Shown: positions 1 to 10,184, counted from the first letter of the stretch. The stretch: DNA of 64,000 bases from Minisyncoccia bacterium (GCA_041742075.1 JBGSJJ010000015.1:1132-65131), one strand, 5' to 3'. Notes: generated from the letters alone by a model not told the origin. Numbers and translations: made by a program.

Positions 1-2807
1 CCAACCGCCTCTCCAATATCGACGAGATGGTTAGTTGTCAGGTCTACACCATAACACTGCTGACAGACACCTCGGAGGGTCTTACAGGTCATTGGTGAGC
101 GCACCACAACCGATTCGCACGTTGTACCTTCAATAGCAGTTGCGTCTCGACGACTGATCAAGTGTCCGCGCTTGAAAATAAGGTTACCCTTAGTATCTAC
201 CGCATCTTCGGCTAAGACGCGACCACGAATGGCTTTACTAAAGGCGATTTCAATACCTGAGGCACTGATTCGTCCGATCGTTACACCGTCTTTTGTTTTA
301 CAGTCTGCCTCCGTTACAATCGCGTCTTGCGCGACTACGAAGAGACGACGAGTAAGGTACCCGGCCTTTGCAGTTTGAAGGGCGGTGTCGGCTAGTCCTT
401 TTCGTGAACCGGTTGTTGTCGTGAAGTATTCAATTGGACTCATCCCTTCCTTCATTGAAGAAATTACGGGAAACTCTACCGTCTCACCTCGAGTGTTTAC
501 GATAAGTCCTTTCATACCGGCCATCTGAGCAATCTGTCCGAGTGAACCTCGAGCACCAGACTTCCACATATCGAAGGCTGAGCCTTGTGGGTCGAGCGTA
601 TCCGGGAGGATTTGTTCAAGTTCAGTCTTGGCTTTGTGCCATACTTCAACAATCATACGACGTCGTTCATCTCGTGAGAGAAGACCTTCGGCGAAGTGCT
701 CCGCAATGACTTTCTCTACATCGCGAGCTTTCGCTACAATGGAATCCTTTTCTTTTGGTACAACCACTTCGTCGATACCCCAAGTTGTTCCAGACACAGT
801 CGCGTACTTAAATCCAAATCGCTTGAGTTTGTCTACTACCGCTGGCACCGCATCAACCCCCTGGTCTTCAATCAAGTCCACAATCACGGTGAAGAGGTCT
901 CGCTGGGTCACCAGACTATTTACAAATGGGTGGTCACTTGGCAGAACGCTGTTGAACAGCAATCGTCCAACTGATGTTTCAAATACTTTTCCTTCATACT
1001 GTGCGTATTTCGGGGTATCAGTTGAGAGTACTTTAATCTTGGCTCTAAAGTCTACTACACCATAGTCGTACGCATTGATAGCATCGTTTGGACTAGAGAA
1101 GAATTTACCTTCACCATTTTTTCCTTCTACTATCTTGGTCATCCAAAATGCACCAAGCGCCATATCGAGAAGTTTTTCAGACACGACTGGTTCAGCTGAA
1201 CCCGGCTTCAAAACGTTCTTGTTGGCTGAGATGATCTCTCTCGCTTCCATTTGTGCTTCGTCTGAGAGTGGTACGTGGACCGCCATCTGGTCACCGTCGA
1301 AGTCGGCGTTAAAGGCGCGACACACGAGTGGGTGCACTTGGATAGCGTTACCTTCGATAAGGACCGGACGGAACGCCTGAATACCCTGACGGTGAAGAGT
1401 TGGAGCGCGGTTGAGGAGCACATACTTATGCTTAATCACGTCTTCAAGAATCGCCCACACTTCAGGCACCCCATCTTCAATCAATCGGCCAGCGCCACGG
1501 ATGTTGTAGGCAAGTTCTTGCTTCAAGAGTTGTGCGATAACGAACGGTCGGAAGAGTTCAAGGGCCATGTGCTTTGGCAGACCACACTGGTCAAGCTTAA
1601 GCTCAGGTCCAATCACGATTACTGAACGACCAGAGTAGTCGACTCGTTTTCCGAGTAGGTTCTGACGGAAGTAACCTTGCTTACTCTTAAGGTAATCAGA
1701 GAGTGACTTAAGTGGACGACGCTGCGCTTGACTCATCGCTGAGTACGCACCGTTACCATGTCGGATTGAGTTATCGATAAGCGCATCAACCGCTTCTTGG
1801 AGAATACGCTTTTCGTTACGCAAGATAACGTCTGGTGCCATAATGTCGATAAGCTTCTTCAGACGATTGTTTCGGTTGATAACACGCCTGTAGAGGTCAT
1901 TTAAGTCTGACGAAGCGTGTCGACCTCCTTCAAGCGCTACCATTGGCCGAAGGGCTGGAGGGATAACTGGCACTCGGTTGAGGAACATCCATTCTGGACG
2001 AACCCCTGAGTGAATCAAACCGCGGATGAGATTGAGACGTTTATCAAGCTTTGCTCGTTCTGCAATACCTGCTTTTTCACGCTCACTCTCGAGTCGATCC
2101 TTAAGCACCTTGAGGTCAAGGTTTTTAAAGATTTCGAAAATTGATTCAGCACCGATCTTAGCTTCAAAGAGATTTGAATATTTAACCGAATATTTATGGA
2201 ACGTTGTTTCATCAAGCACCACGCCTGGTTGAACGTTTTCAATTTCATGCTTCATTTCAGTCATGCGCACCTTGAGTGCATCTTTAGCATCTTCGTTTTG
2301 AAGTTCTTTCGTGCGTGACTTAAACTCAGTGTCGAGCTCTCGTAGGAGTCGGGCTCGTTCTTCTTCAGTTACTTTCGTAACAATATATCCAGCAAAGTAG
2401 ATGACTTTTTCAACTGATGCCGCAGTAATACCGAGAATAAGGGCAATTCGACTTGGCACACCACGGAGGAACCAAATGTGCGATACGGGTACACAAAGTT
2501 CAATGTGCCCCATTCGTTCACGTCGTACGATAGCGCGCGTGACTTCTACTCCACACTTCTCACAGACGATACCTTTATAGCGGATACCGCGATACTTCTT
2601 ACAAGAACATTCATAGTCCTCAACTGGTCCAAAGATACGTTCGTCGAAAAGACCGTGCTTTTCAGGGCGCTGGGTTCGGTAGTTGATGGTTTCCGGCTTG
2701 GTGACTTCACCAAATGACCAATCGAGAATACGTTCCGGTGAAGCGAGTTTTAAACTCACTTCCGTGAACTGTGTTGGGATTGCTCGTTTTTGTGTATGTG
2801 GATTCAT
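1..2807 (-). CDS. rpoC: RNA polymerase beta' subunit (3'-truncated by window edge)
   Basis: Read by hand from ATG at 2807: [61 protein letters not shown]. Catalytic [14 protein letters not shown] near 1280-1320. Directly downstream of rpoB; runs off the window, so it is absent from the ORF track. Confidence 0.97.
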   Translation of the reverse strand, partial: MNPHTQKRAIPTQFTEVSLKLASPERILDWSFGEVTKPETINYRTQRPEKHGLFDERIFGPVEDYECSCKKYRGIRYKGIVCEKCGVEVTRAIVRRERMGHIELCVPVSHIWFLRGVPSRIALILGITAASVEKVIYFAGYIVTKVTEEERARLLRELDTEFKSRTKELQNEDAKDALKVRMTEMKHEIENVQPGVVLDETTFHKYSVKYSNLFEAKIGAESIFEIFKNLDLKVLKDRLESEREKAGIAERAKLDKRLNLIRGLIHSGVRPEWMFLNRVPVIPPALRPMVALEGGRHASSDLNDLYRRVINRNNRLKKLIDIMAPDVILRNEKRILQEAVDALIDNSIRHGNGAYSAMSQAQRRPLKSLSDYLKSKQGYFRQNLLGKRVDYSGRSVIVIGPELKLDQCGLPKHMALELFRPFVIAQLLKQELAYNIRGAGRLIEDGVPEVWAILEDVIKHKYVLLNRAPTLHRQGIQAFRPVLIEGNAIQVHPLVCRAFNADFDGDQMAVHVPLSDEAQMEAREIISANKNVLKPGSAEPVVSEKLLDMALGAFWMTKIVEGKNGEGKFFSSPNDAINAYDYGVVDFRAKIKVLSTDTPKYAQYEGKVFETSVGRLLFNSVLPSDHPFVNSLVTQRDLFTVIVDLIEDQGVDAVPAVVDKLKRFGFKYATVSGTTWGIDEVVVPKEKDSIVAKARDVEKVIAEHFAEGLLSRDERRRMIVEVWHKAKTELEQILPDTLDPQGSAFDMWKSGARGSLGQIAQMAGMKGLIVNTRGETVEFPVISSMKEGMSPIEYFTTTTGSRKGLADTALQTAKAGYLTRRLFVVAQDAIVTEADCKTKDGVTIGRISASGIEIAFSKAIRGRVLAEDAVDTKGNLIFKRGHLISRRDATAIEGTTCESVVVRSPMTCKTLRGVCQQCYGVDLTTNHLVDIGEAV

Positions 2808-2829
2808 ATATTACGTAATACCAAGGCTA

Positions 2830-5800
2830 CTAAAAAGTGGTCATGTTATGTTGCTTGCCATCTTCACGAGTGAGGGTAACGTCAAGCGAGAGTCCACGAA
2901 GCTGATTAACGAGTACGTTAAAGGCTGCTGGGGTGTGTGGGTGACTGATTTTTTCACCTCGTACAATTGAGTCGAAAGCGGCGCTTCGTCCAATGATATC
3001 GTCTGACTTAATCGTGAGCATTTCACGGAGTGTATACGCAGCACCATACCCAAGGAGTGCCCACACTTCCATTTCTCCGAAGCGTTGACCTCCCACCTGT
3101 GCCTTACCACCAAGTGGCTGTTGCGTAATGAGTGAGTAGGGTCCAATCGAGCGCATGTGAATCTTGTCTTCCACCATGTGGTGAAGTTTAAGAATATACA
3201 TGTAGCCGACTGCTGTTCGTTGTTCAAACTTTTCACCAGTACGACCATCACGAAGTTGCATCTTGCCGTCAGTGGCAATTCCGGCTGCTGTAAGTTCTGT
3301 CTTGATTTCTTCTTCGGTAGCAGAAGCAAACGGTGGCACGATAGCTTGGTAGCCGAGTGTGTGAGCGGCCATTCCCAAGTGAAGCTCAAGAATCTGTCCG
3401 AGGTTCATACGACTTGGTACGCCAAGTGGTGTCAGGATGACGTCAATTGGTCGACCGTCTTCAGTGTATGGCATATCTTCTTCAGGCAAGATTCGTGAGA
3501 TAACACCCTTGTTACCGTGACGTCCCGCGAGCTTGTCACCCACTGAAACATTTCGGACCTGAGCAATCGTGATATGGATTCGCTTAATCACACCACTCTC
3601 GAGCTGATCACCTTGTTCACGAGAAAAGATTTTTACCCCAATCACGCGTCCACGCTTCCCTGCCTCAAGACGAAGTGACGTGTCTTTTACGTCTTTGGCT
3701 TTCTCACCGAAGATAGAACGAAGGAGTCGTTCTTCTGGAGTAAGTTGTGCTTCACCCTTTGGTGTTACTTTACCAACCAAGATATCTCCCGGACGCACTT
3801 CAGCTCCAATACGGATAATGCCGTTTTCATCGAGGTTGCGAAGCTTCATTTCACTTACGTTTGGGATGTCTGGCGTCGTGACTTCCGGCCCAAGCTTTGT
3901 GTCTCGAACTGATACATCCAATTCTTCAAGGTGAATTGATGAGAACTTACTTTGCTTAACGAGTCGTTCAGAAATAATAATCGCGTCTTCGTAGTTTGCA
4001 CCACTCCAACTCATGAACGCCACCATCGCATTTTGACCGACGGCAATCTGACCTTGGTCAGTTGAAGACACGTCAGCAATAATGTCACCTCGTTTTACGT
4101 TCTGGCCAATTGATACCGACACGCGGTGGTAAAAGGCTGAGAAGTCGTTTGTTCGTTGGAAGGTAGTAAGCGTGTATTCGTGCTTCTTTCCATCCTTACT
4201 CTTAATGACGATATGTCGTGCATCAGCTTCGATTACTTCACCAGCTTCGTGCGCAACAAGCACACGACCAGTGTCCTTGGCTGAAAGTTCTTCAATACCA
4301 GTAGCAACAATCGGTGCCTCAGGGATGAGACACGGCGTTGCCTGCTTCTGCATGTTACTACCCATAAGCGTACGGTTCGCGTCGTCATGGTTCAAAAATG
4401 GAATCATTGAGGTCGCTACAGAGAACGCTTGGTTGGTAGCAATATCCATGAAGTTCACGTCTTTCTTCAAAACCGTGCGTGGCTCTCCATTAATACGCGC
4501 CTCCACCATGTCTGGTACGATTTTGCCGTTTTTGTCTACTTCAACCGCTGCATGAGCAATCGTAAAACCTTCTTCTTCATGAGCGTTTAGGTACACTACC
4601 TCGTCAGTCAAAACACCCTTTTCTACCTTTACGTATGGAGTTTCGATAATACCGAATCGATTGACGCGAGCGTACATCGCGAGGCGAAGAATAAGACCAA
4701 TGTTTGGGCCTTCTGGCGTGTGAATAGGACAGAGACGGCCATAGTGACTTGGGTGTACGTCACGTACTTCAAAGCCAGCTCGTTCACGAGTAAGTCCACC
4801 CGGTCCAAGCGCTGAGAGAGTTCGAAGACCTTCAAGCTCACCAAGCACGTTTTGCTGTGGCATAAACTGTGAAAGTTGGTTGGTAGTGAAGAACTCCTTG
4901 ATAGCCGCCTGGAGTGGGCGGGGGTTGACGATTTGCATTGGGAGAGACGTCTCTGCTTCAATCGTCGACATTCGGTCTTGAATGTTTCGCTTCATGCGAG
5001 TCATACCTACTCGAACACGTTGCTGAATCATTTCACCAAAGTACCGTACACGACGGAACCCGAGGTGGTCGATATCATCAGCCGCTGAGCCCGCGGTGTG
5101 GTTAAGCTTAATGATGTGGCCAACAATTAACTTGAAGTCTTCCAGGGTAATAGTTCGTTCGTCAGTCGCTTTTTTATCGATTGGTCGATGAAAACGTTCA
5201 TTGAAGTGGTGGCGACCAATTTCAGATAGGTCGTATCGTTGTGGTGAAAAGAGTGAGTTGATGAATTCCTTAGCATTTTCTACAGTTGCTAGGTCACCAT
5301 CACGAAGACGCTTGTACATTTCGATGTACGCATCGTTCGTATTCTTCACTGGGTCTTTAAGGAGAGTCGCTTTGATGTAGTCAGGTCCACGCTCAACGTC
5401 CTTGAAGAATTTTTCCATCTCCTTGTCAGTTTCAAGACCAAGAATACGGAGGAGTGACGTAAGAGGAATCTTCTTCTTGCGGTCAATCTTGATATAGAGG
5501 AGTCCATCAGCTTCAGACTCAACTTCCATCCATGCGCCACGAGCAGGAATAAGCTTCGCACCGAAATGCGTCTTACCTTTTACGTCTTGTGAGGTAAAGA
5601 AGATACCGTAACTTCGAGCCAGCTGTGGGACAACGACTCGTTCTACACCGTTAATAATGAAGGTACCGTGTTCAGTCATGACTGGCACGTCAGCCATAAA
5701 GATCTCTTGATCTTTAGCACTATCAAACGTCTTGTTCTTAAGAACAACCGTTGCCCGAAGTGGGGCGTCATAGGTAAGCTTGTTTTCCTTAGCAAAAGCT

Positions 5801-6057
5801 GGCGTGCATTTCGGCGCACCCATTTCGTACTTTTTGAACTCAAGCTCGAACTTCTTTTCCGAGTAGTCGGTAATCGGAGAAAATTCTTTAAATACCTCTT
5901 TTAGACCAGTCTCAACAAACCACTGGTATGAAAGCCGTTGTGGTTCAATAAGGTCTGGTAGGTCAATAAGCGGCTTCTTAGCCAGCTTAAATGTCTTCTT
6001 TGGCATGGCGCCTACAGACGAATATTCGTCGGCCTTAGCAGTCTTATACATCGACAT
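2830..6057 (-). CDS. rpoB: RNA polymerase beta subunit (compact)
   Basis: Motifs GTFIINGVERV, RDVHPSHYGRLCPIHTPEGPNIGL, GDKLAGRHGNKG, GGQRFGEMEVWAL. Start uncertain (6057 or 6006). Confidence 0.97.
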   Translation of the reverse strand: MSMYKTAKADEYSSVGAMPKKTFKLAKKPLIDLPDLIEPQRLSYQWFVETGLKEVFKEFSPITDYSEKKFELEFKKYEMGAPKCTPAFAKENKLTYDAPLRATVVLKNKTFDSAKDQEIFMADVPVMTEHGTFIINGVERVVVPQLARSYGIFFTSQDVKGKTHFGAKLIPARGAWMEVESEADGLLYIKIDRKKKIPLTSLLRILGLETDKEMEKFFKDVERGPDYIKATLLKDPVKNTNDAYIEMYKRLRDGDLATVENAKEFINSLFSPQRYDLSEIGRHHFNERFHRPIDKKATDERTITLEDFKLIVGHIIKLNHTAGSAADDIDHLGFRRVRYFGEMIQQRVRVGMTRMKRNIQDRMSTIEAETSLPMQIVNPRPLQAAIKEFFTTNQLSQFMPQQNVLGELEGLRTLSALGPGGLTRERAGFEVRDVHPSHYGRLCPIHTPEGPNIGLILRLAMYARVNRFGIIETPYVKVEKGVLTDEVVYLNAHEEEGFTIAHAAVEVDKNGKIVPDMVEARINGEPRTVLKKDVNFMDIATNQAFSVATSMIPFLNHDDANRTLMGSNMQKQATPCLIPEAPIVATGIEELSAKDTGRVLVAHEAGEVIEADARHIVIKSKDGKKHEYTLTTFQRTNDFSAFYHRVSVSIGQNVKRGDIIADVSSTDQGQIAVGQNAMVAFMSWSGANYEDAIIISERLVKQSKFSSIHLEELDVSVRDTKLGPEVTTPDIPNVSEMKLRNLDENGIIRIGAEVRPGDILVGKVTPKGEAQLTPEERLLRSIFGEKAKDVKDTSLRLEAGKRGRVIGVKIFSREQGDQLESGVIKRIHITIAQVRNVSVGDKLAGRHGNKGVISRILPEEDMPYTEDGRPIDVILTPLGVPSRMNLGQILELHLGMAAHTLGYQAIVPPFASATEEEIKTELTAAGIATDGKMQLRDGRTGEKFEQRTAVGYMYILKLHHMVEDKIHMRSIGPYSLITQQPLGGKAQVGGQRFGEMEVWALLGYGAAYTLREMLTIKSDDIIGRSAAFDSIVRGEKISHPHTPAAFNVLVNQLRGLSLDVTLTREDGKQHNMTTF

Positions 6058-6225
6058 AAGTAAGAATGTTACGCGGTTTGTAAATCGCGATCTGCTTTGT
6101 CGTGCTTCGCAATTTGACACTCACCTTACACACAAAGTAAGGCTCGCACCAAATTCCTCACACTCCGCGCATCTCATCGATTTTCAACCCGCTTCGTTAG
6201 TAATGGAATGGGTTAGCAATGAAAA

Positions 6226-6425
6226 CCGGCACATAAACGCACAAAAAGCACATCACCACTGACGTGTCCTTCTTGAGTATTTATTGTTGCACGATAACTA
6301 ATTGCATTCTGTGTGTTGTGGGGAAACACAGTGCTGTATATACACATTTCCCAGGTGTGCATACATCTACCTCCGCGACTTCACGTATCGTGACTCATCC
6401 GTGGTCGTTGGTGCGTTAGTGCCGG
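6226..6425 (-). ncRNA. Candidate structured RNA (6S-like rod or rpoB leader)
   Basis: Starts just after a consensus sigma70 promoter. Nested pairings CCGGCAC/GTGCCGG, AACGCAC/GTGCGTT, ACCAC/GTGGT, GATG/CGTC, CACGATA/TATCGTG, GGGAAA/TTTCCC. Confidence 0.45.
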
Positions 6426-6427
6426 AG

Positions 6428-6456
6428 AGTATACTAGAGACCTTTTGTAAAGTCAA
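6428..6456 (-). promoter_or_regulatory. sigma70 promoter upstream of the rpoBC leader
   Basis: TTGACT-17 nt-TATACT on the minus strand. Confidence 0.75.
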
Positions 6457-6626
6457 CTTTTCCACTTGACAACAATACTACCAAGTAAGTGATATTTTCT
6501 GCAATATTCTTGACAAATTGACAAGAAAACACAATGTAATTCAATCTTGAGCGCGCTCCGCCTATTTTCTTGTCTAGACGACAGCGAAAATTCCTCACTC
6601 TCGTTCGTACCAGAGGAAAAGCACCA

Positions 6627-6706
6627 CTAGGTACTTTTCCTCCATACCCCAATTTTCTTATGGTCACCCTCGACAAGCACAGCGGGAACGCTGTGCTTTT
6701 TCTTTT
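6627..6706 (-). pseudogene. trmD: Duplicated 3' end of trmD (att-like direct repeat)
   Basis: 6650-6706 matches 7354-7410 at 55/57 nt. It translates KKHSVPAVLVEGDHKKIGVWRKST*, versus KKHSVPAVLVEGDHKKIEAWRAKE* in trmD. Confidence 0.85.
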
Positions 6707-7040
6707 ATAACCCCAATTGCAGGCGCAACACATTCTCAACTGCTTGTAGATCACTAGCTGAGAGGTCAGCGATACGAGTGCCGAAACGCTGATGACTTAC
6801 GGTTCTAATCTGGTCAGTCATCGCTTTACTCCGCTGACGCTTAACAGTAACTAAACACTCACTTGGGTACACATGAGTGGTATTCGAAGTCAGCGGAACC
6901 ACCTGCACACGATTAAGATGCTTGTTAGCCATGTCATTACTGACTACAATCGCCGGTCGCTTCTTTTTCACTTCACTCCCTCGAGCAGGATTAAGATTGA
7001 CCCACCACACGGAGCCTCTCTTTGGTTTTAGAACCGCCAT
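6705..7040 (-). CDS. mazF: PemK/MazF family toxin (endoribonuclease)
   Basis: RGSVWWVNLNPARGSEVKKKRPAIVVSND...VVPLTS...DQIRTVSHQRFG is the PemK/MazF signature; overlaps the upstream small gene. Confidence 0.92.
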   Translation of the reverse strand: MAVLKPKRGSVWWVNLNPARGSEVKKKRPAIVVSNDMANKHLNRVQVVPLTSNTTHVYPSECLVTVKRQRSKAMTDQIRTVSHQRFGTRIADLSASDLQAVENVLRLQLGL

Positions 7041-7279
7041 ACATTTTCTGCTTCAAGCGTCTCATCAGTTCCATGTAGCCACTCACCCGCTTCGGCCTCA
7101 CGTGCGCTATCTTTAGCCATAGCTTTATACCCAGCTTCTATATCATCAACAATAACGTGCGGTCGAGCTAGTTGACTCAAGTACTCACCAACACCACGCG
7201 CACCGACTCGTGCTCGCAAACCTGCGTACACCTGCTCATCGAGCATTATTGTAATTTTCTTTTTTATGGCTGTTTTCAT
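7028..7279 (-). CDS. Antitoxin of the type II TA pair (ribbon-helix-helix-like N-terminus)
   Basis: 83 aa starting KKKITIMLDEQVYAGL, with acidic C-terminus IEAGYKAMAKDSAREAEAGEW; overlaps the toxin start. Confidence 0.8.
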   Translation of the reverse strand: MKTAIKKKITIMLDEQVYAGLRARVGARGVGEYLSQLARPHVIVDDIEAGYKAMAKDSAREAEAGEWLHGTDETLEAENVWRF

Positions 7280-7316
7280 AATACGTATTATAATACGTAT
7301 TAGCATTTTGTGTCAA
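7279..7316 (-). promoter_or_regulatory. TA promoter with tandem palindromic operator
   Basis: TTGACA-18-TATAAT-7 nt-ATG. TAATACGTATTA is repeated twice (7279-7302) over the -10. Confidence 0.75.
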
Positions 7317-7330
7317 TATACTGTTGTGCG

Positions 7331-8005
7331 CTACTCTTTCGCACGCCAAGCCTCAATCTTCTTATGGTCACCCTCGACGAGCACAGCGGGAACGCTGTGC
7401 TTTTTCTTTTTGTACTCCAGGACCTCAGGACGAGTGTACGTTTCCCCACTCGTTGCGCGTTCATCTTCAAGTGAGTCATGGGTACCAAGCACGCCTGGAA
7501 TATGCCGAACAACCGCGTCGATAATCGTGAGCGCCGGCAGTTCACCACCAGTGAGCACATAATCTCCAACTGAGATCTCTTCCGCCTTCAAAATACTTTT
7601 TACGCGACCATCAATCCCCTCGTAGCGACCTGAGATAAGGACCACGTGGTCGTACTTTTTGGCGTACTCTTTGGCAAGCGCTTGCGTGAATACCTGTCCC
7701 CGAGGCGACATAATCAGTGTCTTAATTTTCTTTGCATCTTTCTTCTTCCCTACTGCTTTCTCCCAAGCTCGCAAAATTGGTTCAGCAATCATCACCATAC
7801 CCGGCCCGCCACCATACGGCCGATCATCAACTTTCTTGTGCTTATCTTTCGTGAAGTCTCTTGGATTGTAGTAACTTACCGCTATTTTTTTTCCTCGCAC
7901 CTTAGCTCCCTTTCCCTTTTCAGTCTTCTGCGCACGACCAAGCACGCTGGCGCTCGTGTAAGCTTCGCAGACTTCTGGAAAAATTGTTATGACGTGAAAA
8001 TGCAT
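7331..8005 (-). CDS. trmD: tRNA (guanine-N1)-methyltransferase
   Basis: FHVITIFPE, VDDRPYGGGPGMV, GRYEGIDGR, SVGDYVLTGGELPA motifs. Confidence 0.96.
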   Translation of the reverse strand: MHFHVITIFPEVCEAYTSASVLGRAQKTEKGKGAKVRGKKIAVSYYNPRDFTKDKHKKVDDRPYGGGPGMVMIAEPILRAWEKAVGKKKDAKKIKTLIMSPRGQVFTQALAKEYAKKYDHVVLISGRYEGIDGRVKSILKAEEISVGDYVLTGGELPALTIIDAVVRHIPGVLGTHDSLEDERATSGETYTRPEVLEYKKKKHSVPAVLVEGDHKKIEAWRAKE

Positions 8006-8075
8006 AGTAATAATAAAATCCTAGCATGGAAACAGGTAAGTAAGAACTCTTACAGAAACCACCCCAACTAAACCT

Positions 8076-8558
8076 TTACCTATCATTAATGATAGGTAAA
8101 GGTTTAAATTTTTTGAGTACAGCATCTGCCAGATTAAAAAGTAAAAAATGCATTGGGTATTGTTTGCGTAAATGACTGAACGTCAATGATTCTATATGCT
8201 CTTTTTGCTGTCGATTTTGGAGTGACTTTTTTGCTTGTCTATCCTCGACTTCTAATTGGTACGCTTTGAGTGAATCTTCGTAATGTGGCACCTGTCCCTG
8301 TAACCACTTCCGAGTTCGTGAGAAAGTGTTCGGACTTACATTAAAATTGTAGCTTATTTCTGCTTGTGATTTTCCGGCTAAAATGAGCTGTGCAATGAGT
8401 ATGCGTCTTCCGATTGTTATTCGCTCACTTTCAGTCAACAGTTCATTTATAAAGGTAACAACTCCATCCCTACTACTCATACACTCTGCAACAGACATAA
8501 GCGCATCGAGTGTGACCTGTTTCTCACTGTACTTTAATTTATTTATACTTTTACTCAT
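8076..8558 (-). CDS. TrpR/YerC-YecD-like helix-turn-helix protein
   Basis: FINELLTESERITIGRRILIAQLILAGKSQAEISYNFNVSPNTFSRTRKWL matches the TrpR/YerC pattern. AT-rich and flanked by palindromes. Confidence 0.75.
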   Translation of the reverse strand: MSKSINKLKYSEKQVTLDALMSVAECMSSRDGVVTFINELLTESERITIGRRILIAQLILAGKSQAEISYNFNVSPNTFSRTRKWLQGQVPHYEDSLKAYQLEVEDRQAKKSLQNRQQKEHIESLTFSHLRKQYPMHFLLFNLADAVLKKFKPLPIINDR

Positions 8559-8600
8559 ATCACTCTATTTTACTATCATCAATGATAGATAGAAATAGTA

Positions 8601-8644
8601 TGAAAATACCCTTCTTCGCTTACAAGCGAAGAAGGGTATTTTCA
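8601..8644. terminator. Intrinsic terminator-like hairpin downstream of khpA
   Basis: TGAAAATACCCTTCTTCGCTT-AC-AAGCGAAGAAGGGTATTTTCA. Confidence 0.7.
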
Positions 8645-8659
8645 AGTCAGCTAAATAGT

Positions 8660-9013
8660 TTATATCTTCAAATCATCTATCGCCTCGTCGAGGGATTTTG
8701 GACTAACGCTCACCTCTTCAGTTGCTCCTCCGTAAGACTCAGTGGTGTCACTGTGCATAATCCGGCCACCTTCTGGCTCGTTAATCTTAAGGTTCACGCG
8801 GGCGTCGTGCTTCATACCGACGACTCGAAGTAGCGTACGGATCGCTTTCGCGGTATTGCCTGAACGACCAATAATTTTGCCCATATCTTCGGCATGTACG
8901 TCAAGCGTGAGTAACACTCCCATTTCATCAACGGTTCGATTTACTTTTACACTTTCTGGATGGTCCACAAGCGCCGTTACTACTGTTTCTAGAAATTGCT
9001 GATCTTCTTGCAT
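8660..9013 (-). CDS. khpA: KH-domain RNA-binding protein KhpA
   Basis: DMGKIIGRSGNTAKAIRTLL (GxxG KH motif); follows rpsP. Confidence 0.9.
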   Translation of the reverse strand: MQEDQQFLETVVTALVDHPESVKVNRTVDEMGVLLTLDVHAEDMGKIIGRSGNTAKAIRTLLRVVGMKHDARVNLKINEPEGGRIMHSDTTESYGGATEEVSVSPKSLDEAIDDLKI

Positions 9014-9158
9014 ATGCTTATGTTCGCTCTACTAAATTATGTCTAAGTGCTTAGAACTCATTAATGTTCTTAGCTCGTTATATAGTACGAGGCTCTTTAG
9101 CATACGTCAACCGCCCCAACTTCACAAAGTGAAGTTGGGGCGGACTAAAACGATATAG

Positions 9159-9638
9159 TTAGACTACTTTGGTTTCTTCCTCTGTCGGTACTACTTCAGC
9201 TGGAGTTTCCTCAACTACTGCAGTCGCAACTTCTTCAACCGGAGTGGCGGCGGCTTCTTCGGCTGCCTGCGCAACTGCGAGTGCCTCAGCTTCTGCCTTT
9301 GCCTTCGCGTCAGCTTCTGCTTTCTTAGCATCTTCCGCAGCCTTAATAGCGGCTTCGTCGATAATTGGAGACTTCTTAGAAAGCGCGTTTACTTTCTTGC
9401 CTTCAATCACTTTCTTCGTAATAAGAAGATTGTGTACGGTATCAGAAGGCTGTACTCCCTTACTCATCCAGTCAGTCACTTTCGCGCTGTCAATAATAAA
9501 ATGCTTTGTTTTTGGGTTGTATGAACCAACCTGATCCACGTGCTTATTGCTCTTTGGACCAGTTCGTTTATCAGTGACCACAATCCGGTACGACGGATCG
9601 TTTTTTCGGCCAACTCGTTGTAATCGCATCATTAACAT
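9159..9638 (-). CDS. rpsP: 30S ribosomal protein S16 with Ala/Glu-rich C-terminal extension
   Basis: MLMMRLQRVGRKNDPSYRIVVTDKR...GSYNP...GVQPSDTV. Promoter TTGACC-17-TACTCT upstream; hairpin 9111-9143 downstream. Confidence 0.95.
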   Translation of the reverse strand: MLMMRLQRVGRKNDPSYRIVVTDKRTGPKSNKHVDQVGSYNPKTKHFIIDSAKVTDWMSKGVQPSDTVHNLLITKKVIEGKKVNALSKKSPIIDEAAIKAAEDAKKAEADAKAKAEAEALAVAQAAEEAAATPVEEVATAVVEETPAEVVPTEEETKVV

Positions 9639-9751
9639 ATAGTGGCCAGAAGAGTAACAGAAAGCACTGTTTTGGTCAATAGACAGCAAAATCCGCCCGA
9701 GTCAAAGCTGGCTCGGGCGGAGGAATGTGGGTGGTGGCGTGCTACAGGAAC

Positions 9752-10084
9752 TTACTGTTGGGGGAAGACTGTGAACAGTTCGGCTCGAGTACTCTCGTCC
9801 ATCTGACTAAGGATGTCTTCAGAAACCCAAACCGGGATAGTGCGCTTCGTGGGTCTCGGCGACTTCCAAACCGGTACATCGGGATCATCTGACCCCGTTA
9901 TGAGCCCAACGAGCTTATCGAGCGGTAATGGATCATCGTTCAGGGTATATGTTCGGCACAGATTAAGGAGCGGCGCACGGCCATATATTTCAGCGTCGAA
10001 ACCCAACCCCGATCTTTCGTGTACAACGATAGCCAAGTGCTGTTGTGCTGGTGGTACAGCACTGACGATGGTGACTTTCGGCAT
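9752..10084 (-). CDS. Hypothetical protein (solo ORFan cassette)
   Basis: 110-aa ORF with upstream TTGACA, SD-like AAGGA and a GC hairpin at 9692-9721. Confidence 0.6.
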   Translation of the reverse strand: MPKVTIVSAVPPAQQHLAIVVHERSGLGFDAEIYGRAPLLNLCRTYTLNDDPLPLDKLVGLITGSDDPDVPVWKSPRPTKRTIPVWVSEDILSQMDESTRAELFTVFPQQ

Positions 10085-10184
10085 GTTGGTTTTCCTTTTC
10101 CACGACTTGCAACTGAAGCCACCTTATAACAAATACACCGTTTGTCAATACTGAGCATTTCTGCTAAACTCAAGCCACTTATTT

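Noticed and set aside
1-2807. rpoC absent from the ORF track (possible pseudogene)
   Set aside because: It has no stop inside the window; the conserved motifs checked are in frame with the 2807 start.
172-6262. Numerous short ORFs antisense to or overlapping rpoB/rpoC (and similar ones throughout the window)
   Set aside because: Shadow ORFs of long conserved genes with no independent signals.
6434-6754. 106-aa ORF downstream of the toxin
   Set aside because: It is an off-frame reading of the duplicated trmD tail and promoter DNA, and overlaps the toxin.
8069-8106. Tet operator
   Set aside because: Shares CTATCA/TGATAG half-sites, but the spacing is 4 nt rather than 1 and no TetR or tet gene is present.
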